The notes under the pieces: model-generated
Database searches by the model: none
The model's input: the letters and a program-made list of their open reading frames with translations, nothing else
Told to the model about the DNA's origin: nothing
DNA from: Cyanobacteria bacterium P01_F01_bin.150
GTDB lineage: Bacteria > Cyanobacteriota > Cyanobacteriia > CAKZMO01
Assembly: GCA_039189765.1 (NCBI GenBank)
Contig: JBCCYL010000005.1
Location: 64,001 to 128,000 of the forward strand
Length of the DNA: 64,000 bases
Direction of reading: 5' to 3'
Made by a program: the position numbers and the translations under genes
Shown: positions 41,797-52,100 of the stretch, piece by piece
Layout: every line of letters begins with the position of its first letter
Numbering within the stretch: the stretch's first letter is position 1

Positions 41797-43518
41797 ATGG
41801 CACGACTGGATTACTTTGCTCCCGGTGTCTATGTTGAGGAGGTCGAACGCGGTAGTCGACCCATCCAAGGCATTAGTATGAGCGTCGCCGGATTTGTGGG
41901 TTTCACTCAAGATGTCCGTGGTGATGCGGAGATGTTTGAGCCGACGTTAATTACGAGTTGGCAGCAGTATTTAGAAAATTTTGCCAGCGTTGGGTCCGAT
42001 GGGATTGCCGAATTTCGACACAATGGGGAAAAAGTTTATCCTTATCTTCCGTTCGCAGTTAAAGGCTGGTTTGATAATGGCGGTGGGCGATGTTGGGTCG
42101 TCAGCATTGGCAAGGAGCTTCCTGTCCCAAATACTGCGGTGATCGAAGAAGCCACCATTCCGCCAGCTTTAACGGAAGCTAGAACCTCTGGCAATAAGGA
42201 ATCGTTGCGATTGCAACTCAAGCCAGAAAAAGAATCATTGGGGCGATTTCGCGTTCAGATCGAACCAGACACTCCCATCCCAGATCCTGAGTCTGAAGAA
42301 GACCCCTTTGATACTGGGGAATACTTTAAGGTTAAGGTTTCATATGGTGGTGAAGATTTAGAGGTATTTGACCATCTCACTATGGACCCTGCGGCGAGTG
42401 GACAACCGGCAGGAGGCCAATATGTGGAAACGGCCCTAGCTGAATCAGAGTACTTGGATATTGACGTGGTGGCAGAAGAGGGGTTGCCACTAGCAAAGCG
42501 TCCAGCTAACAAAACTCTAGAAGTGCGCCCCAGGGAAGTGCCTATTCGGACCCAGCAGTGGTACCAGGAAACCTATGGTAATCAGGCCAAGCGATCGGGG
42601 GTTGCCGGATTGTTTGAGGTGGATGATGTGGCGATGGTGGCCTGTCCTGATTTAATGTTTGCCTACCAGCATAGGTTTCTAGATTTGGATCAAATTCATG
42701 GTCTGCTGGAAATGATGATCACAAACTGTGAAAATGCAGCGCCTAGTCCGGCCTATCGGATGGCCGTAATTGATCCTCCCCCTGTCAAGCCTCGTAGAGG
42801 CAATGATCCGGTTCGTCCTGAGCAACAAAAGCCCCAGGATGTGGAGAACTGGTTGATGGATAGCTTTGGACGGCGATCGCAATTTGCAGCCCTCTACTAT
42901 CCCTGGATTAAGGTTCCCAATCCCAAACAGGCCGGTAAGCCGATTACGATCCCCCCTTGTGGTCATATGTTAGGGATTTGGTGTCGCACGGATGAGACCC
43001 GTGGTATTTACAAAGCACCCGCTAATGAAGTTCCGAAAGGTGTTATTGGTCTTGCTTACGACACTAATTTCCGAGAGCAAGAACTATTGAACCCCCAAGG
43101 CATTAACTGCATCCGTAAGTTCCGCAATAGAGGCACGTTAGTTTGGGGTGCCCGTACGCTGGTGGAAAAAGCTGATGTCAATTGGCGATACATCAGCGTT
43201 CGTCGCTTGATGAGCTACATTGAAAAATCCATTGAAGAAGGGACCCAATGGGCGGTATTTGAACCCAACGATGAAGATCTATGGGCAAGAGTCACCCGAA
43301 CCGTTAAAAATTTCCTGGAACGGCTTTGGCGACAGGGAGCGTTATTTGGCAGCACTCCAGAAGAAGCTTTCTACGTCAAATGCGATGCAGATCTTAATAC
43401 TCCAGAAAGTATGAAGCTGGGGTTGTTGTTTGTCGATGTGGGGGTTGCGCCCGTACGTCCCGCTGAGTTTGTCGTATTCCGCATTAGTCAGTGGGACCCG
43501 ACTCAGGATCAGGGGTAA
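41797..43518 (+). CDS. eCIS contractile tail sheath protein
   Basis: APGVYVEE, ALYYPWI, PPCGH..G, KAPANE, LNPQGINCIR, WGARTL, YISVRR, WAVFEPN, APVRPAEFVVFRI. Confidence 0.96.
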   Translation: MARLDYFAPGVYVEEVERGSRPIQGISMSVAGFVGFTQDVRGDAEMFEPTLITSWQQYLENFASVGSDGIAEFRHNGEKVYPYLPFAVKGWFDNGGGRCWVVSIGKELPVPNTAVIEEATIPPALTEARTSGNKESLRLQLKPEKESLGRFRVQIEPDTPIPDPESEEDPFDTGEYFKVKVSYGGEDLEVFDHLTMDPAASGQPAGGQYVETALAESEYLDIDVVAEEGLPLAKRPANKTLEVRPREVPIRTQQWYQETYGNQAKRSGVAGLFEVDDVAMVACPDLMFAYQHRFLDLDQIHGLLEMMITNCENAAPSPAYRMAVIDPPPVKPRRGNDPVRPEQQKPQDVENWLMDSFGRRSQFAALYYPWIKVPNPKQAGKPITIPPCGHMLGIWCRTDETRGIYKAPANEVPKGVIGLAYDTNFREQELLNPQGINCIRKFRNRGTLVWGARTLVEKADVNWRYISVRRLMSYIEKSIEEGTQWAVFEPNDEDLWARVTRTVKNFLERLWRQGALFGSTPEEAFYVKCDADLNTPESMKLGLLFVDVGVAPVRPAEFVVFRISQWDPTQDQG

Positions 43519-43632
43519 TGAGTTTGGGAGTTATGGGGTTATGGAGTTTGGGAGTTATGGGGTTATGGAGTTGCAGTATGTATCTTTAATCCTCTAACTC
43601 TCCAACTCCCCAACCCTCCAACACCCAAACTC
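43519..43632. repeat. 8-bp tandem repeats (GAGTTATG/GGGTTATG) followed by inverted AACTCTCC-like units
   Basis: Intergenic between sheath and tube; could fold as an imperfect hairpin; same unit family as 57411-57506. Confidence 0.7.
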
Positions 43633-43673
43633 TATACAGGTTTTGAATTTATAATCATATTTGGAGGATAAAA

Positions 43674-44138
43674 ATGGCTGAAGCTGAATTGCTCACCGCG
43701 TGTCGGTTTTATTTTGAAGCCGACGGACTAGCAGAAAAACAGATTTTAGAAGTGGGTGGGCTGTCTGTTGAATCTCCAGTAGCCGGAGATGGAGGCGTGC
43801 ATGGCTCCTCCAAAGGCGCAGTCAAAATGCGTCAGGCGACTCCTACTACTGAAAAATTCGCCAATGTTACCGTTAAGCTAGTGGCGACAACGGATGTGGA
43901 TTTGTACGAGTGGTATAAGAACTGCAACACCAATGATGGCGGCAAGTCAGATTGGTCTGCTAATCGCAAAGCAGCATCTGTTAGTGCTTACGATCAGGGC
44001 GGTGAAATGAAGGCGCGCTGGGAACTGAAGATGGCTTATCCCTGTAAGTATGAAGGGCCGAGCTTTACGGCATCAGATACCAATATGGCGAACGAATCCC
44101 TTGAACTGGTGCATGAAGGCATCGAGCGAGTGCAGTAG
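43674..44138 (+). CDS. eCIS tail tube protein (T4 gp19-like, Afp1)
   Basis: RFYFE..EVGGLS..LYEWY..RK..YDQ..ARW..AYPCKY.GP..E.LELVHEG; GGAGG RBS. Confidence 0.9.
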   Translation: MAEAELLTACRFYFEADGLAEKQILEVGGLSVESPVAGDGGVHGSSKGAVKMRQATPTTEKFANVTVKLVATTDVDLYEWYKNCNTNDGGKSDWSANRKAASVSAYDQGGEMKARWELKMAYPCKYEGPSFTASDTNMANESLELVHEGIERVQ

Positions 44139-44153
44139 CGATCGCGTAGATCG

Positions 44154-44378
44154 CGTAGGGTGCCATTAGCGAAGCGTAATGCACCACCCACAGCTCACGT
44201 AGATCGCGTAGGGTGCATTAGCAAAGCGTAATGCACCACTCACAGTTTTTAGCACGGTAAGGGATCTGCCTAAGAGTCAAGGATCGGTGCGTTACGGCTG
44301 TCGCCTAACACACCCTACGCATAAGGGATCTGCTTCAGGAAATCGGTGCGTTACGGCTGTCGTCTAACGCACCCTATG
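44154..44378. repeat. Cluster of four REP palindromes (two forward, two inverted)
   Basis: CGTAGGGTGC(C)ATTAGC..GCGTAATGCACC twice, then GGTGCGTTACGGCTGTCG.CTAAC.CACCCTA twice. Confidence 0.85.
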
Positions 44379-44433
44379 TATAAGGGGTTTGCTAACGTTG
44401 ATACCCAGTGCCAAAGTATTGTGAGGATCAAGC

Positions 44434-44958
44434 ATGGCTGAGTCACAAACTGCCTCAGGATTACAGGGAGGAGCAGGGGGTTTTGCTGAATTGTTGCTGG
44501 CTAGTCGGTTCTACATGGAGCTGACGTTAGATGGTGGCGATGACAAAGTAGATGCGACTTTTCTCGAATGTGCAGGGTTTGAGCGATCGCTCGAAATGGC
44601 CCAACTCCATGAAGTGGCACCGGAGCAATGGGGCGACTCAAAAGTCGGTCGAGTCGTGCAGGTCCAAATTCCGGGCAATGCTAAGACAGAAAATATTGTG
44701 CTGAAGCGAGGGTTAACGAGTTCTATGACCCTATGGAACTGGTTTGCTGCGGTGGAATCAGGACAATGGTCCAAGCAATGTCGCGATGGCTCTCTGGTTA
44801 TTTACGACCAAGGCGGAACAGAGCAAGCCCGCTTTAACTTCACCGGAGCCTGGCCGTTGCGATACAAAGCAGCGGATCTTAGCGCCCAAAGTACAGACAT
44901 GGAAATCGAAGAACTAGAAATGGCAGTTGAAGCCCTAGTGCGGGTGAAACCCAACTAA
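44434..44958 (+). CDS. eCIS tail tube protein, second paralogue
   Basis: RFYMEL..FLECAG..PG..NIVLKRG..LWNWF..RDGS..AWP..IEELE. Confidence 0.92.
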   Translation: MAESQTASGLQGGAGGFAELLLASRFYMELTLDGGDDKVDATFLECAGFERSLEMAQLHEVAPEQWGDSKVGRVVQVQIPGNAKTENIVLKRGLTSSMTLWNWFAAVESGQWSKQCRDGSLVIYDQGGTEQARFNFTGAWPLRYKAADLSAQSTDMEIEELEMAVEALVRVKPN

Positions 44959-45168
44959 AGGCAGAAGGCAGCTTGCCCTGAGCGAAGCCGTTGGCGTAGC
45001 CGCCCCATAGGGGCTAGGGAAGGCAGAAGAACCCACCCCTAGCCCCTCCCAAGAGGGGGACCGAACCTCCCTAACTCCCTTCCGGCCCCTGAGCGAAGTC
45101 GTTGGCGCAGCCTCTCTGCAAGAGTTAGGGCAACTCCCTCTAAAATCCAAAATCTAAAATCCAAAATA
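44958..45168. repeat. Composite intergenic repeat region
   Basis: CCCTGAGCGAAG(C/T)CGTTGGCG(T/C)AGCC twice, AGGCAGA units, CCCCTC..GAGGGG hairpin, AAAATCC tract. Confidence 0.6.
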
Positions 45169-45173
45169 AAAAG

Positions 45174-45551
45174 ATGTTTTCAACTGAATTCAAATTTACT
45201 TTGCCCAAGGGCTATTTAGATGAGGAGGGAACCCTGCATCGTTCTGGTACTATGCGGTTGGCTAAGGCGATTGATGAAATTACGCCGTTGGAGGATCCAC
45301 GCGTCCAGGCCAATCCTGCCTATGCCACGGTGATGATTTTGGCTCGGGTCGTCACTCAGCTTGGATTATTAAATGAGATTAGCCCCATGATTATTGAAAA
45401 TTTATATGCCAGCGATCTAAATTATCTTTATAACCTCTATCGTCAAGTAAATGATTTGAACCCGGATGTTGATCTTGGGCAACAGCAAATAATCAGACAA
45501 CAGCGGATGGAGGTAGAACCCGAGTCAGCCCCTATGGGACAGGAGTCATAA
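45174..45551 (+). CDS. eCIS tail assembly chaperone-like protein
   Basis: TEFKFTLPKGY.D.EG.LHR.G.MRLA..DE..DPRV..NP.Y..LARV..DLNYL. Confidence 0.85.
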   Translation: MFSTEFKFTLPKGYLDEEGTLHRSGTMRLAKAIDEITPLEDPRVQANPAYATVMILARVVTQLGLLNEISPMIIENLYASDLNYLYNLYRQVNDLNPDVDLGQQQIIRQQRMEVEPESAPMGQES

Positions 45552-48221
45552 ATGGGACAGCGATTGCCTGATGTTGTAGAGCTGGTTACCCGTAAGTTTC
45601 GTGAAGTCGCCAACGTGGTGACTAACCCGGTTGCAACGGCACGGCGGGCAGGTTCCAAGAAATTCCTCTCTTGGTATACCAATCAAACCCTTCCAGGTGG
45701 TCAATCGTCCTCAACATCTGATGAAGAGGGTCAAGCATCTCAGCCTTCTTCGCCTATTCCTTCATCCCATACACCACCGCCACCGCCCTCTTCGATATCT
45801 GCATCAAGGCGATCTACTGCCAATGCTCAATCAACCCCAGCTCAATCAGCTTTAGAGCAGCCCCAAGATCCGGCGACGTTGCCGCTGTGGGACGAGCCAA
45901 TTGACGATAATCGCATAGGGGAATTTTTTGAGGATGAATTAGGGGATGTTGGGGACTTGAATAGTGTTTCTGCTAACTACTGGCAGAAAAAAGCTGTCTT
46001 GTTACTACAACCAGATGAGACTCTAAAAGGGAGTCAGTGGTATAACTACACCATTGGCCAAGTAATTCGTAGAACGGATTGGGTCCGGTGGTATGGGGCG
46101 CGCAACCAATCTGACGATGCGGTGATTATCCAGGAATATATCCTGCGCCAATCTGACTTTAGCCGAGAAGAAATTGAGGCGCGTCAGCGGGCGTTTGAAC
46201 GCTTGATATCGCTCAATATTGCTGCGATTAATGGTCCTGGCGAGGGGCGTGATTTTCGTATTGTTCGGCTCGTAGAAGCATTTGCCCCCAGGATTAAACG
46301 GGGTTCGGATGAGGCTGGACGGTGCTACTTGGTGGTGAAGCCCTTGCCTGCTGTGTCTTTAAAGGATTATCTGGCCCAGCGTGGCTCATTACCATCGCCC
46401 CAAATTCGGGAAGTGCTGAAGCAGCTTTTGCAAACCCTGCGATTTCTCCAAACCGCTTGTCGGATCACTTTTTCTGAGACTCAGAGCACCGTTGGTATCC
46501 CCCACGGCAATTTGAATTTAGATACGCTGTTTATCCGCCATAGTCCCTTAGCGGGGGCCAATAGCGATCGCCAATTTTTCATTCATGTCACTGATTTGAC
46601 CCTGTGGGAACACCTGATTTATCCTGAAGCCCCTCGCCATCATGAGCGAGTAGCCCAATCCAGCAGTGACTTGGGGAGCGTGGAAGAGGATTTGGCGGCG
46701 CTGGGGCGGATTGGCTTTCAGCTTGCAGGGGGAACCGTCGATCCCCATACGCAGGAGGTTATTGGTCTTCACGATAAGCATCTATGGCGGCATTTAGATG
46801 CGTCTTTATATGATCACTTGTGCTGTTTAATTGGTGAACGAACCCCCTTTAAGTCGGCAGAGAGTGCTTTAAAGTCCCTCTTAAACCCACCTGCGTCACC
46901 GCTATCTTCGACGCAATCAACATCAGACCATGATGACGAATCCCCAGGGGTGATGACTGGGACTACTGATGATGGGGACTCTCAACCGTCAAGCACAGGG
47001 GAGTCTTTTCTGCGCCAGTGGTGGAAGCTACTGCTGCTGTTGGGATTATTGGGACTAGGGGCGATCGCTCTTTCCTTTTGCGGTCGCCAACCCTTAAGTC
47101 CGAAAGACGCCACGGAACTCCCCTTAGAAGAGACAAAAGACAATTCTTTAGCAGCGATTGGACCGTTACCGACGGAGTTGCAGTATCACACTGAAGAGAG
47201 TGGCGCATGGCGAACTGTGTTGGATGGAAGAGCGATTGCTGGCGAGCGGAAAGCCCTTTCAGAACGACAAAAGCAGAGAATTACGCCGACTCCGTTACTC
47301 GATGAAATAGCCTATCGGAATGGGTTTACTTGGACTCAAAATTCTCCTTCCTTCCAACCCCGTCATCGCATCATCAATTTTATTCAAGATCAGGATGAGC
47401 ATATTGGCTTTTTGCGCGATGGTGAGGATCTTGCAGACAATCCTAATATAGACACTCAGACGATTGCCCATGATGGATTAGCCATTTTAGTGCCTTTTAC
47501 AGATGCTTATAATGGGGGAAATGCTCCAGAGTTTTTCAACGGCCAAATTAGCATCGAACAATTAAGAAAATTGTATACCCGCTCCAGTCTTGATGAGGTT
47601 GTTTGGAATGGTGAAAAAATTGATTTGTATTTTCCTCCTTATGGAGAACAAGGAGAAGAAGCTGTCCTTATTTTTAAGGAAAAGGTATTAGAAAATAATC
47701 CAGAATTAGAAGCTCTATTTGACAAGTTAAGAATAGCGGCCAATGAGCGAGATATCAAGCAATTGATAAGTAAGCGTAAAAATGATTTCAATATAAACAA
47801 TAATTTTTATGAGTTAATGTTGGATAACTATACGAAAGAACGACGGTTAGCTATTGGCTTTGACCGATTTAGTGAGGCATTTGGTCAATGTTCTACCTAT
47901 CCCCTCGCCGTTGGTTCTTCGTCAGGCGCAAAACATCAACCGCTCAGGCTAAATAATGATGACAAAATTAATCCCAAAACTGATCTGTGTGGGATGAAAG
48001 GGAGCTACTATACTCATCTTTCGGAGAACTATCCACTACGATATGACCTGGTAGTCGCTTATAAATCAGGTTCTGAGGCTGGGGCGCAGGCAGTAGATGT
48101 ATTCCACACGTTGGAAGCACAATATTTGATTGGAGAGATGGGGTTAATGCCTGTTACAGAACGCAGCAAGATATATGACGTTGTTTGGCGTCAAAAAAAA
48201 GAGGAGGATAAAAAATCGTAG
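45552..48221 (+). CDS. Membrane protein: kinase-like (probably pseudokinase) domain, TM helix, PstS-like periplasmic binding domain
   Basis: VIIQEY, L.QLLQTLRFL..HGNLNLDTL, DLAALG; TM LLLLLGLLGLGAIAL; IAHDGLAILV..GQISIEQLRKLY..YPL. Confidence 0.75.
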   Translation: MGQRLPDVVELVTRKFREVANVVTNPVATARRAGSKKFLSWYTNQTLPGGQSSSTSDEEGQASQPSSPIPSSHTPPPPPSSISASRRSTANAQSTPAQSALEQPQDPATLPLWDEPIDDNRIGEFFEDELGDVGDLNSVSANYWQKKAVLLLQPDETLKGSQWYNYTIGQVIRRTDWVRWYGARNQSDDAVIIQEYILRQSDFSREEIEARQRAFERLISLNIAAINGPGEGRDFRIVRLVEAFAPRIKRGSDEAGRCYLVVKPLPAVSLKDYLAQRGSLPSPQIREVLKQLLQTLRFLQTACRITFSETQSTVGIPHGNLNLDTLFIRHSPLAGANSDRQFFIHVTDLTLWEHLIYPEAPRHHERVAQSSSDLGSVEEDLAALGRIGFQLAGGTVDPHTQEVIGLHDKHLWRHLDASLYDHLCCLIGERTPFKSAESALKSLLNPPASPLSSTQSTSDHDDESPGVMTGTTDDGDSQPSSTGESFLRQWWKLLLLLGLLGLGAIALSFCGRQPLSPKDATELPLEETKDNSLAAIGPLPTELQYHTEESGAWRTVLDGRAIAGERKALSERQKQRITPTPLLDEIAYRNGFTWTQNSPSFQPRHRIINFIQDQDEHIGFLRDGEDLADNPNIDTQTIAHDGLAILVPFTDAYNGGNAPEFFNGQISIEQLRKLYTRSSLDEVVWNGEKIDLYFPPYGEQGEEAVLIFKEKVLENNPELEALFDKLRIAANERDIKQLISKRKNDFNINNNFYELMLDNYTKERRLAIGFDRFSEAFGQCSTYPLAVGSSSGAKHQPLRLNNDDKINPKTDLCGMKGSYYTHLSENYPLRYDLVVAYKSGSEAGAQAVDVFHTLEAQYLIGEMGLMPVTERSKIYDVVWRQKKEEDKKS

Positions 48222-48307
48222 AGCAATATTAGCGGATTTCGTTTTAAGACAATAACGAGAATAGTGATACTCTCTAATGGCTGAATAACTAAATAGGGTT
48301 AGAAACT

Positions 48308-48460
48308 ATGGTCGATTTTGAATGTTTGGAACAGTGGGCTGATTATTTGATTGAGCATCCGTTAGTGTTAGAAAAGGTGTGTGATCGCATCTATGAACTT
48401 ATGCTTGAAGAGATTTGGAATGACCAAGAGCGATCGGGTAATTGGCCACATAGATTCTAA
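48308..48460 (+). CDS. Small eCIS-associated protein (50 aa, below the ORF-track cutoff)
   Basis: MVDFECLEQWADYLIEHPLVLEKVCDRIYELMLEEIWNDQERSGNWPHRF*; stop 9 bp before the next tube gene; motif resembles the C-terminus of 49140-52589. Confidence 0.65.
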   Translation: MVDFECLEQWADYLIEHPLVLEKVCDRIYELMLEEIWNDQERSGNWPHRF

Positions 48461-48469
48461 TTAAACGTA

Positions 48470-49036
48470 ATGTCACAAAATTCCCAAAGTTCACAAAACT
48501 CTAATAACTCAGCGCCGATAAGAGGCGAAAACTATGTTTCGACTAATCGATTTTATGTCGAAATGGAAACAGAAGATGAGGATAAGGTAGGCGCTTCTTT
48601 TAGTGAATGTTCTAGCATTGGTATGAGTATTGAAACCCAGACCCATATGGAAGGAGGGGTTAATGACCAGGTACGATTTATGTTAGGGACCCCTAAATTT
48701 GAGGCCGTTACGCTGAAGCGAGGAATTACAAACGATTTAAGGTTTTGGGAGTGGCTTAAAAATATTTTAGATCCCAATAAAAAAGTAGAGCGTCGCAATA
48801 TCAATATTTTTGTTTTTAATCAGGCGGGCCAAATAATGCAGAGCTGGTCACTGTTGGGTGCAGTACCCACTGGCTGGAAAACACCGGCTCTCCAAGCATC
48901 GCAAAATGAGATTGCGGTTGAAGAATTAACGCTGCATTATGAAGGGCTGAGTGTAAGTGATAAAAAAGAAGATAGTGCTCAAGTGAAGCTGGACGGTCGA
49001 GATAGCCTGGGCTATTTTGCTGCTGGTTCTCGTTAG
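48470..49036 (+). CDS. eCIS tail tube protein, third paralogue (Afp5-like)
   Basis: RFYVE..FSECS..EGGVND..VTLKRG..FWEW..RRN..GAVPTGW..IAVEELTL.YEG. Confidence 0.92.
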   Translation: MSQNSQSSQNSNNSAPIRGENYVSTNRFYVEMETEDEDKVGASFSECSSIGMSIETQTHMEGGVNDQVRFMLGTPKFEAVTLKRGITNDLRFWEWLKNILDPNKKVERRNINIFVFNQAGQIMQSWSLLGAVPTGWKTPALQASQNEIAVEELTLHYEGLSVSDKKEDSAQVKLDGRDSLGYFAAGSR

Positions 49037-49139
49037 CCTTTTTATTATGTAGGCGCTTATTGCGTAAGCGATTATTGTGTAGGCAATAAATCTGTTGGCC
49101 ATGACTATCCTGTTCTGAGATTTACTCTAAGAGTTTGTT

Positions 49140-52100
49140 ATGACGCTCCCTGAATCCGCTCTTGGTTCCCAGTTAATCATCCCGTCATCAGCGATGATAG
49201 CCACACCCTTGGGTCTTCAGCGTCGGCCATTAGGGCTTCAGCGCCAGCCATTGGGTTCATTTACGCCTCCCAATCATTCAGCAATATCACCCCAAACAAC
49301 TCGGCGATCTGTTTATGGTGCGGATCGTCCGATGCCTTTTACTGCATTTCCCGCTGATTTCGCTTTCCCCACCGTTCAAGCTCGTTCACAAACCCCTTGT
49401 TTGGGACAGGTGATTCAATCTAGATTAACGGACCACCCGCTGTTGCGATCGCCCCAGCTTTTACAACGAGTCCCATCGCAAGCATTAACTCAGGAACTAA
49501 CACCAGAGCCATCGCCAGGTTTGCAGTCCTGCTCCCTACCCTTGTCTCGTTTTACGCTGCCTCCTGGATTTACGTTGCCGTCTCCCAGCGTTATCAATCC
49601 CAAAAACGACGGGTCAGATGCGGTACCTGCGCAGCGCAGGCAGGTCAACGATCCTCCTTTAATTAACCGAGCTATTGAGCCGTCTGGTGTTGAGTCGGCA
49701 GAGATTCAGCTTCCAGAGATTCAACCGCGAGAAATCGCTCCAACAGAAATTGCTCCAACAGATATCCATCCAGCCCCTAATGCTCCTACGCTTCAACCCG
49801 CAGAGCAGAATAGTCCTGATAATCCAGAAGGGCAACAAGTACCACGATCGGGCCAACCAGCACCTCAGCCTTTCACCCGTCCGTCACCAACTCCAACATC
49901 CCCATCCGTAACCTCATTAGTAGCCCCACCCGCACCTCCACCGGTAACAGCAACGCCGACTAATCCATCGATCCAACCGTCCAGTCTCCAATCCCCAGCC
50001 TTTAATCCACCACTGCCATCTCCCCAGTCCCCATCGCCATCTCCCCAGTCTCCATCACCATTTCCTCAATCGCCATCGCCTCAGACCTTATCACCATCCC
50101 CTCAATCTCCCATTTCTCCAACGTCTCAGCTTCCTGGGCCACAGCGTCAAGTGCCTACTGGACCTTTTCCTGTAATGCCAAAGTTAGAGGATACAGAAAC
50201 TGCGGATAGGAAGACTGATTTAAGCAATTTAAATGTGGAAAAAGGGGCGATCGCCAACCCCCTTCAAGCTCCTAACATTACCCCTACGCAGCAAAAGGGT
50301 CCAAACACAATAAACCCAAGCTTAGACCTGCCAGCCCTACCGGATATTAGTCCCAGCATTGAACCCACGATCGTTTCACCTCAAGTTTTTAATCCTAAAA
50401 TCTTTAATCCTAAAATAGCCTTTCCCTCGGGCCTGGAAGAGAATGGGAGTAAGCCATTAATGCCTGTTCCCACACCAATAACAGAATCCTCCTCCTTTGT
50501 ATCTGAAGATATATCCCCAGCCGTATCTGAAGATATATCTCCAGATATCAATAGCGCTGATTTAAGCCTATTGAGTGGGCCAGATCCCAGGGTTCTTAAA
50601 GAACCCTGGGATCTAAATCCGCTTAATATCAGGGATCTAAACAACGACGGTCTTCTGGTTCAGCGCACTCGAGAATCAACCTTTTCACCCCTTGAAGAGA
50701 TTGCCTTTGCTCCAGCGGAACCGATGGTGCAGCCGTTGTTATCACCGGACATAGCCAAACCTATCCCCTCTGATATTACTCGGACAGAACAACTTGATGA
50801 TTTAGACAGCGCTAATCTTCAGCCCAAACTCGACATACCGCTGACTGACAGTGATGCTCAAGAGGATGTGGCGCTTAAGCAAGAACGGCCCGATGCAATT
50901 CATGATGTTACGTCGCCCTTGTTCTCTGATGCTCCTCAACCAGATCCTGCTTTATTGCAGCGTGCGCCTATTCCATCACCATCGACTCTGCCCTTCTCCC
51001 CCCTCGATTTACCTACGCCATCTAATTTAGACAATACCGTACAGCAGCGCCCCAACACCCTGCTGCCTAGAGACGGGACGATCGATGCCAGCATTGGTGA
51101 GTCATCCCTACCTCTGTTTACTCAACCTGTCCTGCAACCTAAAACACTCCCGTTTTTACCGCTTCAAGCGCCTCAAGGGAAACAGGCTGTACAACCTAAA
51201 GTAATTAACCCCAAAATTAACCCCAAAATTAACCCCACAGCTATTGCGCCCAACAAGATTGCACCCAAGACAATCAACCCCACAACTATTGCGCCCAAGA
51301 CGGATAATTTCAAAGCAATCAATCCTAAAACGAATACGCTGCCCTCAACGCTAAAGCCGCAACGCCTCCCCCGTCCGGATCTAAATCGTTCGGCTGAACC
51401 GGTTGGCGATACGCCATCACCAGTAACTCAGCGTTCTAGTAAGACACACCTCCATCAACGTCAACAACCCCTTGCACCTCTGGGACAATGGCAGTCTCTT
51501 CACATATGGCAAGAACAGCTCATCAATAAGCGTTCTTTGGACCAACCCCAAAATCCTACATCTGATGTTAGTCTGCCTCGGTATGGTCCATATCGCCCAT
51601 CTATTCAACCCCAAACCATAGACCAACCCCAGACCACAGGCCAACCTCAAATAACAGGCCAGCCCCAAGCACTCCGGCAATCTCCTCCTGAACCAGCGAT
51701 CGCGCCACCGCTCCCCCCTACTTCTATAGACGATGCAATAGAGACATTTACTCCAGAGACGTCGGATTCTCCAGATGCCACAACTGTTCAACCAAGAACA
51801 ATTTCTCCCCAGCATCTTGCTCCCCAGTCTCTTACTCCCCCATCGCCACTCCCCGATGTAACACCAACCGATACGCCTTCACCTGAGATAACACCAGCCG
51901 ATATAACACCAGCCGATATAACGCCCAATACAACACCCGTTGATATCGCTCCCAAAAACTGGTCCAGTATTGAAGACTTATTAGCGCAACAGCCTCCAGC
52001 AGTTCAAGCGAAAGAAGCCTGGGAATCTCAATTTCCGTTGCTGTCTCCAAGCTCCGATAGGCAATCCCCTCAGACCCCAAAGACTCAGGTTGATAGTAGT

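Noticed and set aside
44154..44378. Possible CRISPR array
   Set aside because: Units are in mixed orientation, non-identical and irregularly spaced; they match the REP family; no cas genes in the window
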